Below, one piece after another: positions 1-9,022 of a stretch of 64,000 nt of DNA. The notes beneath the pieces were generated by a model. It ran no database searches, was not told the DNA's origin, and worked only from the letters and a program-made list of their open reading frames with translations. The DNA is taken from sequence record MT764208.1; one strand, 5' to 3'. How positions within the stretch are numbered: the stretch's first letter is position 1; the number at the start of each line of letters is the position of its first letter. Position numbers and translations under genes: made by a program. This DNA is from Escherichia phage JEP8.

Positions 1-208
1 TATTGTTAAAATTAGAAACATACTAATAACGCCGATCAGTGGAGTCGTCAAAACTACTGGTCCTACTTCATTTGGTGTTAATGGTGTTAGAACAACTCAT
101 ATTCAGGATAACGGTGATTTTACTAACCCTGTAATGAGTCTTCTTAAGCTGCCTAGAGACAATAAACATATCACATCCAACAACTTTAAAGAGTTCGATG
201 TTGATTAA
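1..208 (+). CDS. 3-prime fragment of a tail-fibre gene upstream of gp36 (possibly gp35-like); open frame from the window edge to TAA at 206-208
   Basis: Frame 2 is open from base 2 to the stop; position immediately upstream of the gp36-like gene; no start in window. Confidence 0.4.
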   Translation, partial: IVKIRNILITPISGVVKTTGPTSFGVNGVRTTHIQDNGDFTNPVMSLLKLPRDNKHITSNNFKEFDVD

Positions 209-370
209 CATTTTTTTACAAGCCGATCCATGTGGTCGGCTTTATTTTTATACAGTTGGTTAAAATGTAACCAAAACGAAGAAAGATCTTTAGAATAATA
301 GAAAATTTGTTTCGGTTAAAAATTAGTCAGTGCCTACGGCACGTCGCGAAGCGATATTTTGTTAACATTC

Positions 371-378
371 TATAAATA
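371..378 (+). promoter_or_regulatory. T4-type late promoter box TATAAATA
   Basis: Exact TATAAATA about 34 nt upstream of the gp36-like ATG, followed by GAGG Shine-Dalgarno. Confidence 0.55.
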
Positions 379-411
379 CTCGGAACTATAACTAATTTTT
401 GAGGTTACTTT

Positions 412-1902
412 ATGGCAGATTTGAAATATGGATCTACTGTAGGTGGATCTCCCATTTGGACGCAAGGAAACTTGACGATCCAGCCAGCAGGGGATCAGCT
501 TTTCTACAAAGGTCATAAAATCTATACCGCTTTTGATAGACCTTCGGCTACCGATTTTGATGCTGTTAGTGCATCCGAAGGTGGCACATTTCAAAAGCAA
601 GTTCATTTCGAGGAAGGTTTAAGCGTAGGTAGCGCATCGGCTGGAGAAACCAAAAAGAATGGTATCTTTAAAGGTCAGAGTGATGCTGCTAATTTTGACG
701 GTGTAAGCTGGGGTTTGCATTCATGGAAGTCAATAGGCTTTGTTAATGCCCGTGATGGCGTTATTATGGCGTATATTGACACCACAACGGGCGAATTTAA
801 GTCTAAAGGGACTATCGAAGGGACAACCATTAAAGACACAGGTCAACGCGTCTATAGCCCTGTTAATAAACCAACGAATAATGATTTAGATTTGGTGTCT
901 CGTCGCGGTGATACTCTCACAGGAACATATAATTTAAACACTGTCACTGTTAAACTATCGGTTGATTCTAAATTAATTGCAAGGGAACGTGATTTAATTA
1001 ATTTTGATGCGACTAAGATCTATTATGGTAACGTTCTTGATACGTTGGTCTTCCGAAGTAAAGATGAGCCTACCATTTTTGTTAATGGCAGAGAAGGTCG
1101 TTTTTATCACACCAATAATAAACCAACTAAAGCCGATGTTGGGCTAGGCAATGTCACCAATGATGCACAGGTTAAACGTGCTGGTGATATTATGGAAGGT
1201 AACTTGCAAGCGCCTAGAATGTTGGCGACAAACGATCCTGCTGGTCCGAATGAATTGGTTCGTTTGAGCTACTTTGAGAGAAAATCAATGGTAGCAAATC
1301 CAACCATCATTGGAAACGTTGATTGGAACACTCTTATTAATCGCGGTATCTATCGTGTGGAAAATGCTGGGTCGGGTACTAATAAACCGTCTGATAGCTA
1401 TTATAACGGCGTTTTGATGGTATATCGCCCAGAAGATGCGGTCGGTACTCGTCGAATTGTTCAGGTGTATTATCCTGAATCTATTGACCATCCGATGTGC
1501 TGGCGTTCTTGTTCTAATGAATCATGGACTGCATGGAACTATGTAGATCACCGTAAATTAGCCGATATTCGCTATGTTAACGTAACTGGCGATACCATGA
1601 CAGGACCGTTAACTGTTCCGGCTGCAAACGGTGTTAGAACGGCTAAAACTAACTATAACGGGGATAACTGTTATGCGGCGTTAAGCGGTGCTGATGGTAC
1701 TGCTATGATTCACCGCATTAGTGATATTAAAGGGACCGAAAAGCTGGGGATCACCCATGACTCAAAGGTCGTGTTTTTCCGTTCTAGAAACAATACTCAA
1801 ACCGTGGACCGCTATCAGCTTTATCATGAAGGTAATAAACCTACTCCGGCTGATGTTGGAGCGGTTCCACTTAATGCGGTGATTGATTTTGGTACTTTCT
1901 AA
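412..1902 (+). CDS. 36: long tail fibre protein gp36-like (496 aa, longer than T4 gp36)
   Basis: N-terminus MADLKYGSTVGGSPIW resembles recalled T4 gp36 MADLKVGSTTGGSVIW; sits directly before gp37. Confidence 0.7.
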   Translation: MADLKYGSTVGGSPIWTQGNLTIQPAGDQLFYKGHKIYTAFDRPSATDFDAVSASEGGTFQKQVHFEEGLSVGSASAGETKKNGIFKGQSDAANFDGVSWGLHSWKSIGFVNARDGVIMAYIDTTTGEFKSKGTIEGTTIKDTGQRVYSPVNKPTNNDLDLVSRRGDTLTGTYNLNTVTVKLSVDSKLIARERDLINFDATKIYYGNVLDTLVFRSKDEPTIFVNGREGRFYHTNNKPTKADVGLGNVTNDAQVKRAGDIMEGNLQAPRMLATNDPAGPNELVRLSYFERKSMVANPTIIGNVDWNTLINRGIYRVENAGSGTNKPSDSYYNGVLMVYRPEDAVGTRRIVQVYYPESIDHPMCWRSCSNESWTAWNYVDHRKLADIRYVNVTGDTMTGPLTVPAANGVRTAKTNYNGDNCYAALSGADGTAMIHRISDIKGTEKLGITHDSKVVFFRSRNNTQTVDRYQLYHEGNKPTPADVGAVPLNAVIDFGTF

Positions 1903-1907
1903 TTTTA

Positions 1908-1930
1908 GCGGGGATTATCTCCCCGCTTTT
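1908..1930 (+). terminator. GC hairpin GCGGGGA-TTATC-TCCCCGC plus T-run between genes 36 and 37 (partial terminator or processing site)
   Basis: Perfect 7 bp stem followed by TTTT. Confidence 0.4.
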
Positions 1931-1972
1931 CTAAATAATGTTATTCTAATAACCGTTTAAGGATTTTATAAA

Positions 1973-4741
1973 ATGGCAGATTTAAGCAGAATCCAATTTA
2001 AACGTACTAGCACTAAAGGCCGTCGACCTGATGCTGGTACGATGAATCCGGGGGAATTGGCAATCAACCTTGCGGATCAATATCTTCTTACTAAAAATGA
2101 TTCCGGTGCTATTATCAATTTAAGTTGTCCTCCGGTTTATGACCGCGATGTTACAATGGCAGGTAAGGTTAAAGGTAATAATTATATCTTAAGTAAAACC
2201 GCTAACTATCTGGAAGATCAGACAGCGCGAGATCTTAACTACTTTGGTGCTTTCCGTACCAATGGTCTTGATGGTTTTCTCGAACTCACGCTAAACGTTC
2301 CTCATTCTTCTGGTGTTCAGCATGGTCGAGGATTTACTTTCCAGTATGGACACACTGGATCGCGTGTAGAAACTTATGGCTATAATAAAGAAGGTCAAAA
2401 AGCATTTAGCTATAAAATGTATCATGAAGGTGATAAACCAACTCCAGGAGAATTGAACGTTTATAGCAAACAAGAAGTTGACCGTATGTTTGTTAAGAAC
2501 GTTAAACTTGCTACATCTCCTAGTGATATCGTTGAAGGCTATTTTAAATTAGCAACTGCAATGATTCCACAAAACGGTCTTAGCGTATTTTTCCGTATTC
2601 ATGGTGGTAACGGATATAACGTTACTGCATACGATCAAGTTGATATTGTAGAAATTGTTATTCGCAGTGGAAATGGTCGCCCTAAAGGTGTTAACGTTAT
2701 TGCATATCGCCGAAATACAAACAAATCATTTGATGTTTTGGCTGTTAATACTTCTGGTGATAACTATGATATCTATGTGAAATATCAGCGTTACACTGAT
2801 AACGTTATTGTTGAATTTGGTAAAAGTGTTGGTGTTAATCTGGTAGTTCATGACGTTCCAGATTTTGTTGCTGATCGTCCTGCTGGCGATAATGTTATTG
2901 GCGGTCGCGCGGTAACTCTTTTTAATACTGAAAATAAACGTGGTGTGTTAAGTTTTGATGATAACACACAAAACAGCTATGACATTGTTCACTTGAGTAA
3001 TGATAGGGGTACAGGACGAAAATATATTCGTAAATTCCGTAGCAACTATAATGAAATGATCTGGCATGAGACGGTTCAAGGTGCTACTTATCGTCTGGCT
3101 ACTGGTGCAACTGATGTTCAGGATATTCTAACCGTTGAATCTGTTAGCTCAATTTCTGGAACTCATAAAGGTAATATTACTTCTGGTCGTATGCTGTTAA
3201 ATGGTGGTAGTAATGTTATTACCTTGCGGCGTCCTGCTGGTCAATCCAACCATATTGCGTTTCAAGATAATCGTACTGGAGATATTACCCGTCAAGGATG
3301 GATCGGTTATGCCAATGCTAATACTAACGTTTTTGAATGGTATAGTGATGTAGGTGGCAGTTCTATTCGTCAACATATCGACGGACAGATCGAATTTCAG
3401 ACAGGTAGCATGAAGCGAGTTTATACTAACGGACAATTCATTTCATTATATGCCGATGGCTTCCGTACTGTATATGGTAACTATGGTTCATGGTGGCGAA
3501 ATGACGGTAGTAACGTTTATCTGATGAGCACAAAATCAGGCGACACTATGGGTCCGTGGAATACCTTTAGGCCGTTCATCTATAGCCTAGCCAATGGTAA
3601 CGTTACATTGGGGGGTAGTGATGCTGGCAACCATTTAATGCGTCTCAATAATGAAAGTAAACGAGTTGAAGTGAACGCAACCACACATCTTGGAAGCAGA
3701 CTGTATTGGGAACGTAACGACGAAGGATCGAAATCTGTATTCTTTGTTAAATCTTGGGGTAATGAAACTCGCGCTCAAGTGTGGGAACTTGCAGACGAAA
3801 CAAGCTATCATCTATATTCTCAGCGTGATTCTAACGGATCGATTCAATTTCGTGTTGCTGGTAGTTTGGAAACTGGAGGCCGCGCCCAGATTAATGGCGA
3901 TTTGGTCGTTACTAATGTTCTTCGTACAAATAACCAAATACAGATTTATAGAGATAACAACAAAGAGATCTGGTTTAAAGATGCTAATGGTACTAACCGT
4001 GGTGTTATCTGGGGAGATGGTGGCGGCAAAATGAGATTGCGTAACTATTCTGGTGGAGAATATGACCATGTGTTCGAAGCTGGTATGATTCGCCTTGAGC
4101 GTGGTTACGCCAATGGACAAGGTGCTGGGTTGATTCGCGGAGAAGTACAAGGTGGAGCATGGTCTGAATGGAGAACTCGCGCTGCTGGCTTATTGGTTGA
4201 CTGTCCAAATGCTCAAACTTCCGCATATAACGTATGGAAAGCGACCAAATGGGGTTTAGACCACATCGCGGCAATGGGTGTTCATGTTCCTAACGGTAAT
4301 GTTGGTAACTCTATTGCGCGTCTGCATGTTGGTGGCACTAACTTTGACTTTAACGCCTCCGGTGATTTCCAGGCAGGTCGTAACGGTAATTTTAACGATG
4401 TTTATATTCGCTCTGATGCTCGCCTTAAAATCAATAAGGAAGAGTATAAAGAGAATGCCACCGATAAAGTTAATCGCTTGACTGTGTACACCTACGATAA
4501 GGTTAAGTCTTTGACGGACCGCACTGTTATCGCTCATGAAGTTGGTATTATTGCTCAGGATCTTGAAAAAGAATTGCCGGAAGCAGTAACAACTTCTAAG
4601 ATCGGCGATCCTGATAAGCCAGAAGAGATCTTAACAATTTCTAACTCTGCTGTCAACGCTCTTTTAATTAAGGCGTTTCAGGAAATGAGCGAAGAATTGA
4701 AAGCCGTTAAAGCTGAACTAGCGGAACTTAAAAAGAATTAA
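1973..4741 (+). CDS. 37: long tail fibre distal subunit gp37 with C-terminal intramolecular chaperone (peptidase S74-type) domain
   Basis: N-terminus MADLSRIQFKRTSTKGRRPDAG..GELAINL resembles T4 gp37 MATLKQIQFKRSK..GELAINL; last 108 aa carry SDARLK..IAQDLEKELPEAV as in endosialidase/T5 fibre chaperone domains. Confidence 0.85.
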   Translation: MADLSRIQFKRTSTKGRRPDAGTMNPGELAINLADQYLLTKNDSGAIINLSCPPVYDRDVTMAGKVKGNNYILSKTANYLEDQTARDLNYFGAFRTNGLDGFLELTLNVPHSSGVQHGRGFTFQYGHTGSRVETYGYNKEGQKAFSYKMYHEGDKPTPGELNVYSKQEVDRMFVKNVKLATSPSDIVEGYFKLATAMIPQNGLSVFFRIHGGNGYNVTAYDQVDIVEIVIRSGNGRPKGVNVIAYRRNTNKSFDVLAVNTSGDNYDIYVKYQRYTDNVIVEFGKSVGVNLVVHDVPDFVADRPAGDNVIGGRAVTLFNTENKRGVLSFDDNTQNSYDIVHLSNDRGTGRKYIRKFRSNYNEMIWHETVQGATYRLATGATDVQDILTVESVSSISGTHKGNITSGRMLLNGGSNVITLRRPAGQSNHIAFQDNRTGDITRQGWIGYANANTNVFEWYSDVGGSSIRQHIDGQIEFQTGSMKRVYTNGQFISLYADGFRTVYGNYGSWWRNDGSNVYLMSTKSGDTMGPWNTFRPFIYSLANGNVTLGGSDAGNHLMRLNNESKRVEVNATTHLGSRLYWERNDEGSKSVFFVKSWGNETRAQVWELADETSYHLYSQRDSNGSIQFRVAGSLETGGRAQINGDLVVTNVLRTNNQIQIYRDNNKEIWFKDANGTNRGVIWGDGGGKMRLRNYSGGEYDHVFEAGMIRLERGYANGQGAGLIRGEVQGGAWSEWRTRAAGLLVDCPNAQTSAYNVWKATKWGLDHIAAMGVHVPNGNVGNSIARLHVGGTNFDFNASGDFQAGRNGNFNDVYIRSDARLKINKEEYKENATDKVNRLTVYTYDKVKSLTDRTVIAHEVGIIAQDLEKELPEAVTTSKIGDPDKPEEILTISNSAVNALLIKAFQEMSEELKAVKAELAELKKN

Positions 4742-4781
4742 GGAAACTCCCAGGGAAGGGAACTACTAAGGAGAAACGGCT

Positions 4782-5021
4782 ATGGTCTATAATATCGTCA
4801 TTGGCGCTTTGTCTAATTTCGGAATGAAATTATTGTCAAAGTTAATTAGTGAAAAGATGCTCACTAAAATTTTCTTCTATTGCGCTCGTCGTCTTGCGGC
4901 TTATACCAATACGCCAATTGATGATCGTTTTGTGGAAGAACTTTATAAGGAGTTTAATAAAGATCAGTCAGAAGATAGTAACGAGCAAGATAAATCTAGT
5001 GATAGTCAACTACCTAAATAA
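4782..5021 (+). CDS. small hypothetical protein (79 aa) between gp37 and holin
   Basis: AAGGAG Shine-Dalgarno 8 nt upstream of ATG; hydrophobic N-terminus, acidic C-terminus; no recognised homolog. Confidence 0.45.
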   Translation: MVYNIVIGALSNFGMKLLSKLISEKMLTKIFFYCARRLAAYTNTPIDDRFVEELYKEFNKDQSEDSNEQDKSSDSQLPK

Positions 5022-5054
5022 GAGTACACTGTCATAGTTATCTTAGGGCATTAT

Positions 5055-5711
5055 ATGCAAGTTTCTGAAAAAGGGAAAGACTTTGCTATCTCAAATGTCC
5101 TGCGCGCTATTTTCACAACTAAAAGCACGGAGTTGCTCGTACTTCGTGTTTTTGCTGCCGTCGTGTTGTCTATATTGGCATTTGTCGTTTATAGTAAAAA
5201 CGAGTTATTTGCGCTTTATAAAGAGACTCGTTATGAGACTTATGCTCACATTCTCCAGGTAGAGAAAGACCGCAATTTTGATAATGCAGCACAGGAGCAG
5301 TTACAGATAGTTCATGTGTCGGCTGATGCCGATTTTTCTGCTGTTTTTAGTTTTCGTCCGAAAAACCTAAACTATTTTGTTGATTTGGTGGCATATGAAG
5401 GAAAGCTACCACATACAATCGATGAAAAGAATTTAGGCGGATTCCCTATCAATAAAACGAGTGAAGAATATCGTAGACATCTTTTAGGTAAATCATATTT
5501 TACCGATAAAGATTTCCAGTATATTCCATCAAGAGAAAAGAAATTAGAGAATATCGATATAGGTTTCATGTATTCTTGTCCTATATTCAATCTCGATAAT
5601 GTCTATTCTGGTAGTATCGCCATTTCATGGAAGAATAAACCGGATATTGACATTGAGAATTTAGATACTCTTTGCAATCAATCTGCCAGAATCCTCGGAA
5701 GGATTAGATAA
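5055..5711 (+). CDS. t: holin t (218 aa)
   Basis: Same length as T4 holin; shared blocks EQLQIVH, SADADFSAV.SFRPKNLNYFVD, AYEGKLP, YSCPxFNLDN, ARILGR. Confidence 0.9.
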   Translation: MQVSEKGKDFAISNVLRAIFTTKSTELLVLRVFAAVVLSILAFVVYSKNELFALYKETRYETYAHILQVEKDRNFDNAAQEQLQIVHVSADADFSAVFSFRPKNLNYFVDLVAYEGKLPHTIDEKNLGGFPINKTSEEYRRHLLGKSYFTDKDFQYIPSREKKLENIDIGFMYSCPIFNLDNVYSGSIAISWKNKPDIDIENLDTLCNQSARILGRIR

Positions 5712-5716
5712 CTTAA

Positions 5717-5748
5717 AGGGGAAGCCTTTCGGCCTCCCCTTCTTTTTA
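5717..5748. terminator. bidirectional rho-independent terminator between convergent genes
   Basis: AGGGGAAGCC-TTTC-GGCCTCCCCT hairpin flanked by A-run and T-run. Confidence 0.55.
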
Positions 5749-5994
5749 TTGGCGCATAGACGCGCCTGAATCACATTTTGACGCTGTATGATGAAAACAG
5801 GTAGCGTACCAGTCATCGGCTTGTTTGTCTTCGTCAGAAAACGCGTAATTTCGTTGTACGCCGTTTTCTACTTTGACCAGTGCAATAGCTGTTTCTGGAA
5901 GATCAATCAATCGGACAAAATCACCATCTTCCCACTCTACACGAGCAATATCATAGCCCATCTCAAAGTATACAATCGCTTGTTCTAATTTCAT
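5746..5994 (-). CDS. hypothetical protein (82 aa)
   Basis: ORF track; first gene of the leftward cluster. Confidence 0.45.
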   Translation of the reverse strand: MKLEQAIVYFEMGYDIARVEWEDGDFVRLIDLPETAIALVKVENGVQRNYAFSDEDKQADDWYATCFHHTASKCDSGASMRQ

Positions 5995-6320
5995 TCTGGA
6001 AACTTCCCGTAAACATTCTCTGCCAACTTACGTGCATCTTTTACAATATCTTTCATGTAATGACTATAATTTTTAGCTAGATCAATGATGCAATCAACAA
6101 AGAAGTAATAGCGTCGCAGTGCGACCAGCTCAACATCTTCAAGATGACCATTTTCTCCAATCGCTGAAATATGTTTAAATTCCTTTCGGATCGCGTCCAT
6201 CGCTACATTAACTTCTTTTATAATATCTTTCGTATTATATGCACCTCGACTAATCAAAATTTTGGTTAGGTCTTCTGCTTTTTCGTGAAAGTTGTCAATT
6301 TCAAACTCGATCATAATCAC
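5991..6320 (-). CDS. hypothetical protein (109 aa), paralog of 6429-6761
   Basis: GAGGTGA Shine-Dalgarno; shares C-terminal ENxxGKF ending with the neighbour. Confidence 0.55.
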   Translation of the reverse strand: MIMIEFEIDNFHEKAEDLTKILISRGAYNTKDIIKEVNVAMDAIRKEFKHISAIGENGHLEDVELVALRRYYFFVDCIIDLAKNYSHYMKDIVKDARKLAENVYGKFPE

Positions 6321-6428
6321 CTCTCATAATTTCACGCTGTTGTTTCAACATTTTTTCGTGGTTTGCTAATTCTATACCTTGTAATAGCATAACCAGTGCA
6401 ATTTTCAATGATTCATCATCTTTCATAA

Positions 6429-6761
6429 TCAAAATTTACCGAAAATATTCTCTGTCATAATTCTTGCTTCGTCGATTATTTTCGTCATGTTCATGGTGTA
6501 GTTATGATCATTTAGTGCTTTAATAACAACGAGCAAGGAATCTAAAAACACTCGATACCGGGTATATTCTACGCTATTTGTGAATACCGATGTTTTCTCT
6601 ACTTTATCGATCAGATAGCCTAAAGCCGATAGCGCCTCGTTTACTTCCCGTGTTACTTTATCGGCGCTAAACAACACCGGATAAAGACGCGGTGTGATTA
6701 ACCGCGCTGCCTCTTTCAATTCGGTCGCTTTCCATGATTCATATTTGTCAAAATTAAACAT
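6429..6761 (-). CDS. hypothetical protein (110 aa), paralog of 5991-6320
   Basis: AAGGA Shine-Dalgarno; similar length and C-terminal motif. Confidence 0.55.
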   Translation of the reverse strand: MFNFDKYESWKATELKEAARLITPRLYPVLFSADKVTREVNEALSALGYLIDKVEKTSVFTNSVEYTRYRVFLDSLLVVIKALNDHNYTMNMTKIIDEARIMTENIFGKF

Positions 6762-6773
6762 TGTATAATGTCC

Positions 6774-7106
6774 TTACAGATGAAAACCTGTTACAATTAC
6801 CGCATCGATCATACCGCTAGGAATAAACGGTTCACCCTCTTTTATTTCAACTTTGAATTGATGCCATTTCGCCAATACTTCTTCCGGTACACCCAGCGAT
6901 TCGGCGTCTGCTTTAGTTTCATCCATAATCCAACTAGGCTGCATGAGAGCATAGTTTACATAGTCCATTTCTGGGGTCATGTCATCAATGTTAATATATT
7001 TGCAGTTGACGCGTTTCAGAATTTCAAATTCTTTATTGTCAACCTGTACCATGTATAATTCAGTAGTTTCTGGAATCACTTCCCACACAATCAGTACATT
7101 TTTCAT
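6774..7106 (-). CDS. hypothetical protein (110 aa)
   Basis: GAGGTGA Shine-Dalgarno before ATG. Confidence 0.55.
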   Translation of the reverse strand: MKNVLIVWEVIPETTELYMVQVDNKEFEILKRVNCKYINIDDMTPEMDYVNYALMQPSWIMDETKADAESLGVPEEVLAKWHQFKVEIKEGEPFIPSGMIDAVIVTGFHL

Positions 7107-7114
7107 AGTTCACC

Positions 7115-7483
7115 TCACTTAACAAAGATTTTCTTTAATGCTTTCAGGATCGTTGCTTCCGGCGCTTCTTCCGGTGGAGGAAGCAATTCTACCACTTCCT
7201 CTTCCAACTCGATATAGTCTACCAGATATTCTACATAGAATGCAAGTGCTTCCATGAAATTAGATGCTACATCCGATTCGCCACACGCGCCCACATGCAT
7301 TGTATAAACATCACTGCGATCAAGTTTGTGGATGCTTCCCAGATAGTTTCGGTTATACCAGACTTCCCACACTTTCAGCTTTCCGGTTTTGGTTGATGTT
7401 TTATAATCGGTTTCGTAATGATGCAATTGACGTTGCAGATCATTGATAATAACACATTTTTCGTAATTGTTTTGAATTTCCAT
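7115..7483 (-). CDS. hypothetical protein (122 aa)
   Basis: GAGGA Shine-Dalgarno before ATG. Confidence 0.55.
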   Translation of the reverse strand: MEIQNNYEKCVIINDLQRQLHHYETDYKTSTKTGKLKVWEVWYNRNYLGSIHKLDRSDVYTMHVGACGESDVASNFMEALAFYVEYLVDYIELEEEVVELLPPPEEAPEATILKALKKIFVK

Positions 7484-7493
7484 GATGTAATCC

Positions 7494-7685
7494 TCACTTA
7501 TCGTTAAGAAGTTCTAAAACTTTCTGTCGTACTTTGTCAATATTAGTTGATTCAAAAACTGTACGGTATCCCCAGCTTTGACCGTATGAGCGGTTGCAAT
7601 CTCCATATCCCCATTGTTCAACCTGATAGTATTCAAGGAATGGGTGCTGCCGAACTATGATACCATCGCGATTAAAAATTACCAT
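7494..7685 (-). CDS. hypothetical protein (63 aa)
   Basis: GAGGA Shine-Dalgarno before ATG. Confidence 0.5.
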   Translation of the reverse strand: MVIFNRDGIIVRQHPFLEYYQVEQWGYGDCNRSYGQSWGYRTVFESTNIDKVRQKVLELLNDK

Positions 7686-7708
7686 AATATAATCCTCACG
7701 TCAACAAC

Positions 7709-7996
7709 TTATTTTCGGTTGTGGTCACGATATGTTTTAAAATATCCCTCGTACCACGGTAAAACATCTGGATTTTTACCACTATACAGACCTTTAACCA
7801 TCATGTCAATAAGGCCATCCGGTGTTTGATAGTTTCCAGCTTTTATAAGCTCTCTGATTAAAATCTCTCTGTATATGTCTTTCGGATCTTCGTAATCAAC
7901 TTGTATTGTGGTTGTGGTCTCATTCAATTTGGTTTCTGGAGTATCTCGCATTGCATCCCACCAATCTTTTGTGACCTTCATGTTATTGAATTGCAT
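7709..7996 (-). CDS. hypothetical protein (95 aa)
   Basis: AGAGGT Shine-Dalgarno before ATG. Confidence 0.5.
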   Translation of the reverse strand: MQFNNMKVTKDWWDAMRDTPETKLNETTTTIQVDYEDPKDIYREILIRELIKAGNYQTPDGLIDMMVKGLYSGKNPDVLPWYEGYFKTYRDHNRK

Positions 7997-8007
7997 AATT
8001 TAACCTC

Positions 8008-8766
8008 TTACTTGCAAACGTATTGGTCTACATCAATTGCTCCACCGAATGTAGGATGACGTTTTTCAAATCGAATAGTTCCGTCGTTTGGTTCGAAAAC
8101 GGAGTATTCATATAGATCTTTCTTGCCAACATTCTTATAAAACCCGCCTTTAGTCATAACGGTTTCTTGTACGTTTGCTTTGTGTACGTTGTATTCATCA
8201 ATGTATACAAAATCAACCATCTTCCCATTTTTAATTGTTACTTTAAGATCACCCGGTTGATTTCCATATTTGGCATACAGTGGCGCTTCTTTAATTTTTG
8301 TGGAAATTCCATCTTTCATACTCCACTCATAACGAACGGTGCATTGATAGGTAAAAGTTTCGACCTTCGGTTCTTCTACCACTTTTGCTTCCTGTTTCTG
8401 TTGTTCTTCTTCAACCTTTGCAGAAGTCTCTGAATCGCTTTCTGACGAGGTTTCTTCTTTAGGTAATACATTCATCAAGTTTTGGATTTGAGCGTTATAT
8501 ACAGCCTCCAGTGGCTGAATCTGCCCGATATTGATCATTGTATCACGAACAGTTTTATTCCAGTTTCGTTGCTCTTGTTTCAGAGACGGATCAATCTTAA
8601 CAGCCTTAACATACACTTCATGAAGTTTAGAGTCCAGTGCGGAGATAGACTCATTAGCACAAATAAACTTCTCTGATTTGGTAGTAGCTTTAGCGCAATC
8701 AAAGGACGCAGCATTAGCACCGAAAGCAGTAGCGGAAAGAACGATAGCAGCGATAATGTTTTTCAT
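8008..8766 (-). CDS. secreted protein with LprI/DUF1311-like (lysozyme-inhibitor-like) N-terminal domain
   Basis: Signal peptide MKNIIAAIVLSATAFGANA then SFDCAKATT..EKFICANESISALDSKLHEVY..QRNW, the two-Cys DUF1311 pattern. Confidence 0.6.
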   Translation of the reverse strand: MKNIIAAIVLSATAFGANAASFDCAKATTKSEKFICANESISALDSKLHEVYVKAVKIDPSLKQEQRNWNKTVRDTMINIGQIQPLEAVYNAQIQNLMNVLPKEETSSESDSETSAKVEEEQQKQEAKVVEEPKVETFTYQCTVRYEWSMKDGISTKIKEAPLYAKYGNQPGDLKVTIKNGKMVDFVYIDEYNVHKANVQETVMTKGGFYKNVGKKDLYEYSVFEPNDGTIRFEKRHPTFGGAIDVDQYVCK

Positions 8767-8800
8767 AATATATTCCTCAATGTTTTGTCTTGATGGGAGT

Positions 8801-8830
8801 ATCTTACTACTCCCTTAATCCTGTGTCAAC
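8801..8830 (-). promoter_or_regulatory. sigma70-like early promoter (-35 GTTGACA, 17 nt spacer, -10 TAAGAT) with GGGAGTA/TACTCCC palindrome flanking the -10
   Basis: Read on - strand; drives 8008-8766. Confidence 0.45.
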
Positions 8831-8836
8831 TAATTT

Positions 8837-8992
8837 TTAAATTTCTTCTACAGTAAAGTCTTCAATGTTGTTGTGCTCGGCGAACGTTGCCAGACCAGCA
8901 TTCCATGCATCATCCTCAGAGAAGAATACACCGTAACGTTCATATCCTTTAGCGCCTTCAAATTTAACCATTAATTTGTGAGTATGTTTCAT
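8837..8992 (-). CDS. hypothetical protein (51 aa)
   Basis: Trimmed to ATG after AGGAG; the ORF-track extension runs through the promoter. Confidence 0.45.
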   Translation of the reverse strand: MKHTHKLMVKFEGAKGYERYGVFFSEDDAWNAGLATFAEHNNIEDFTVEEI

Positions 8993-9022
8993 TTTGATTC
9001 TCCTTCGTTGTCTTGATGAGTT

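Noticed and set aside
370-606. 78 aa - strand ORF overlapping the gp36 start and the late promoter
   Set aside because: Antisense to the late tail-fibre operon, with no start signals.
2291-4537. Several - and + strand ORFs inside gene 37 (2291-2473, 3197-3436, 3690-4034, 3812-4150, 4005-4274, 4256-4537, 4278-4481)
   Set aside because: Fully embedded in the long, well-supported gp37 reading frame; these are alternative-frame artefacts.
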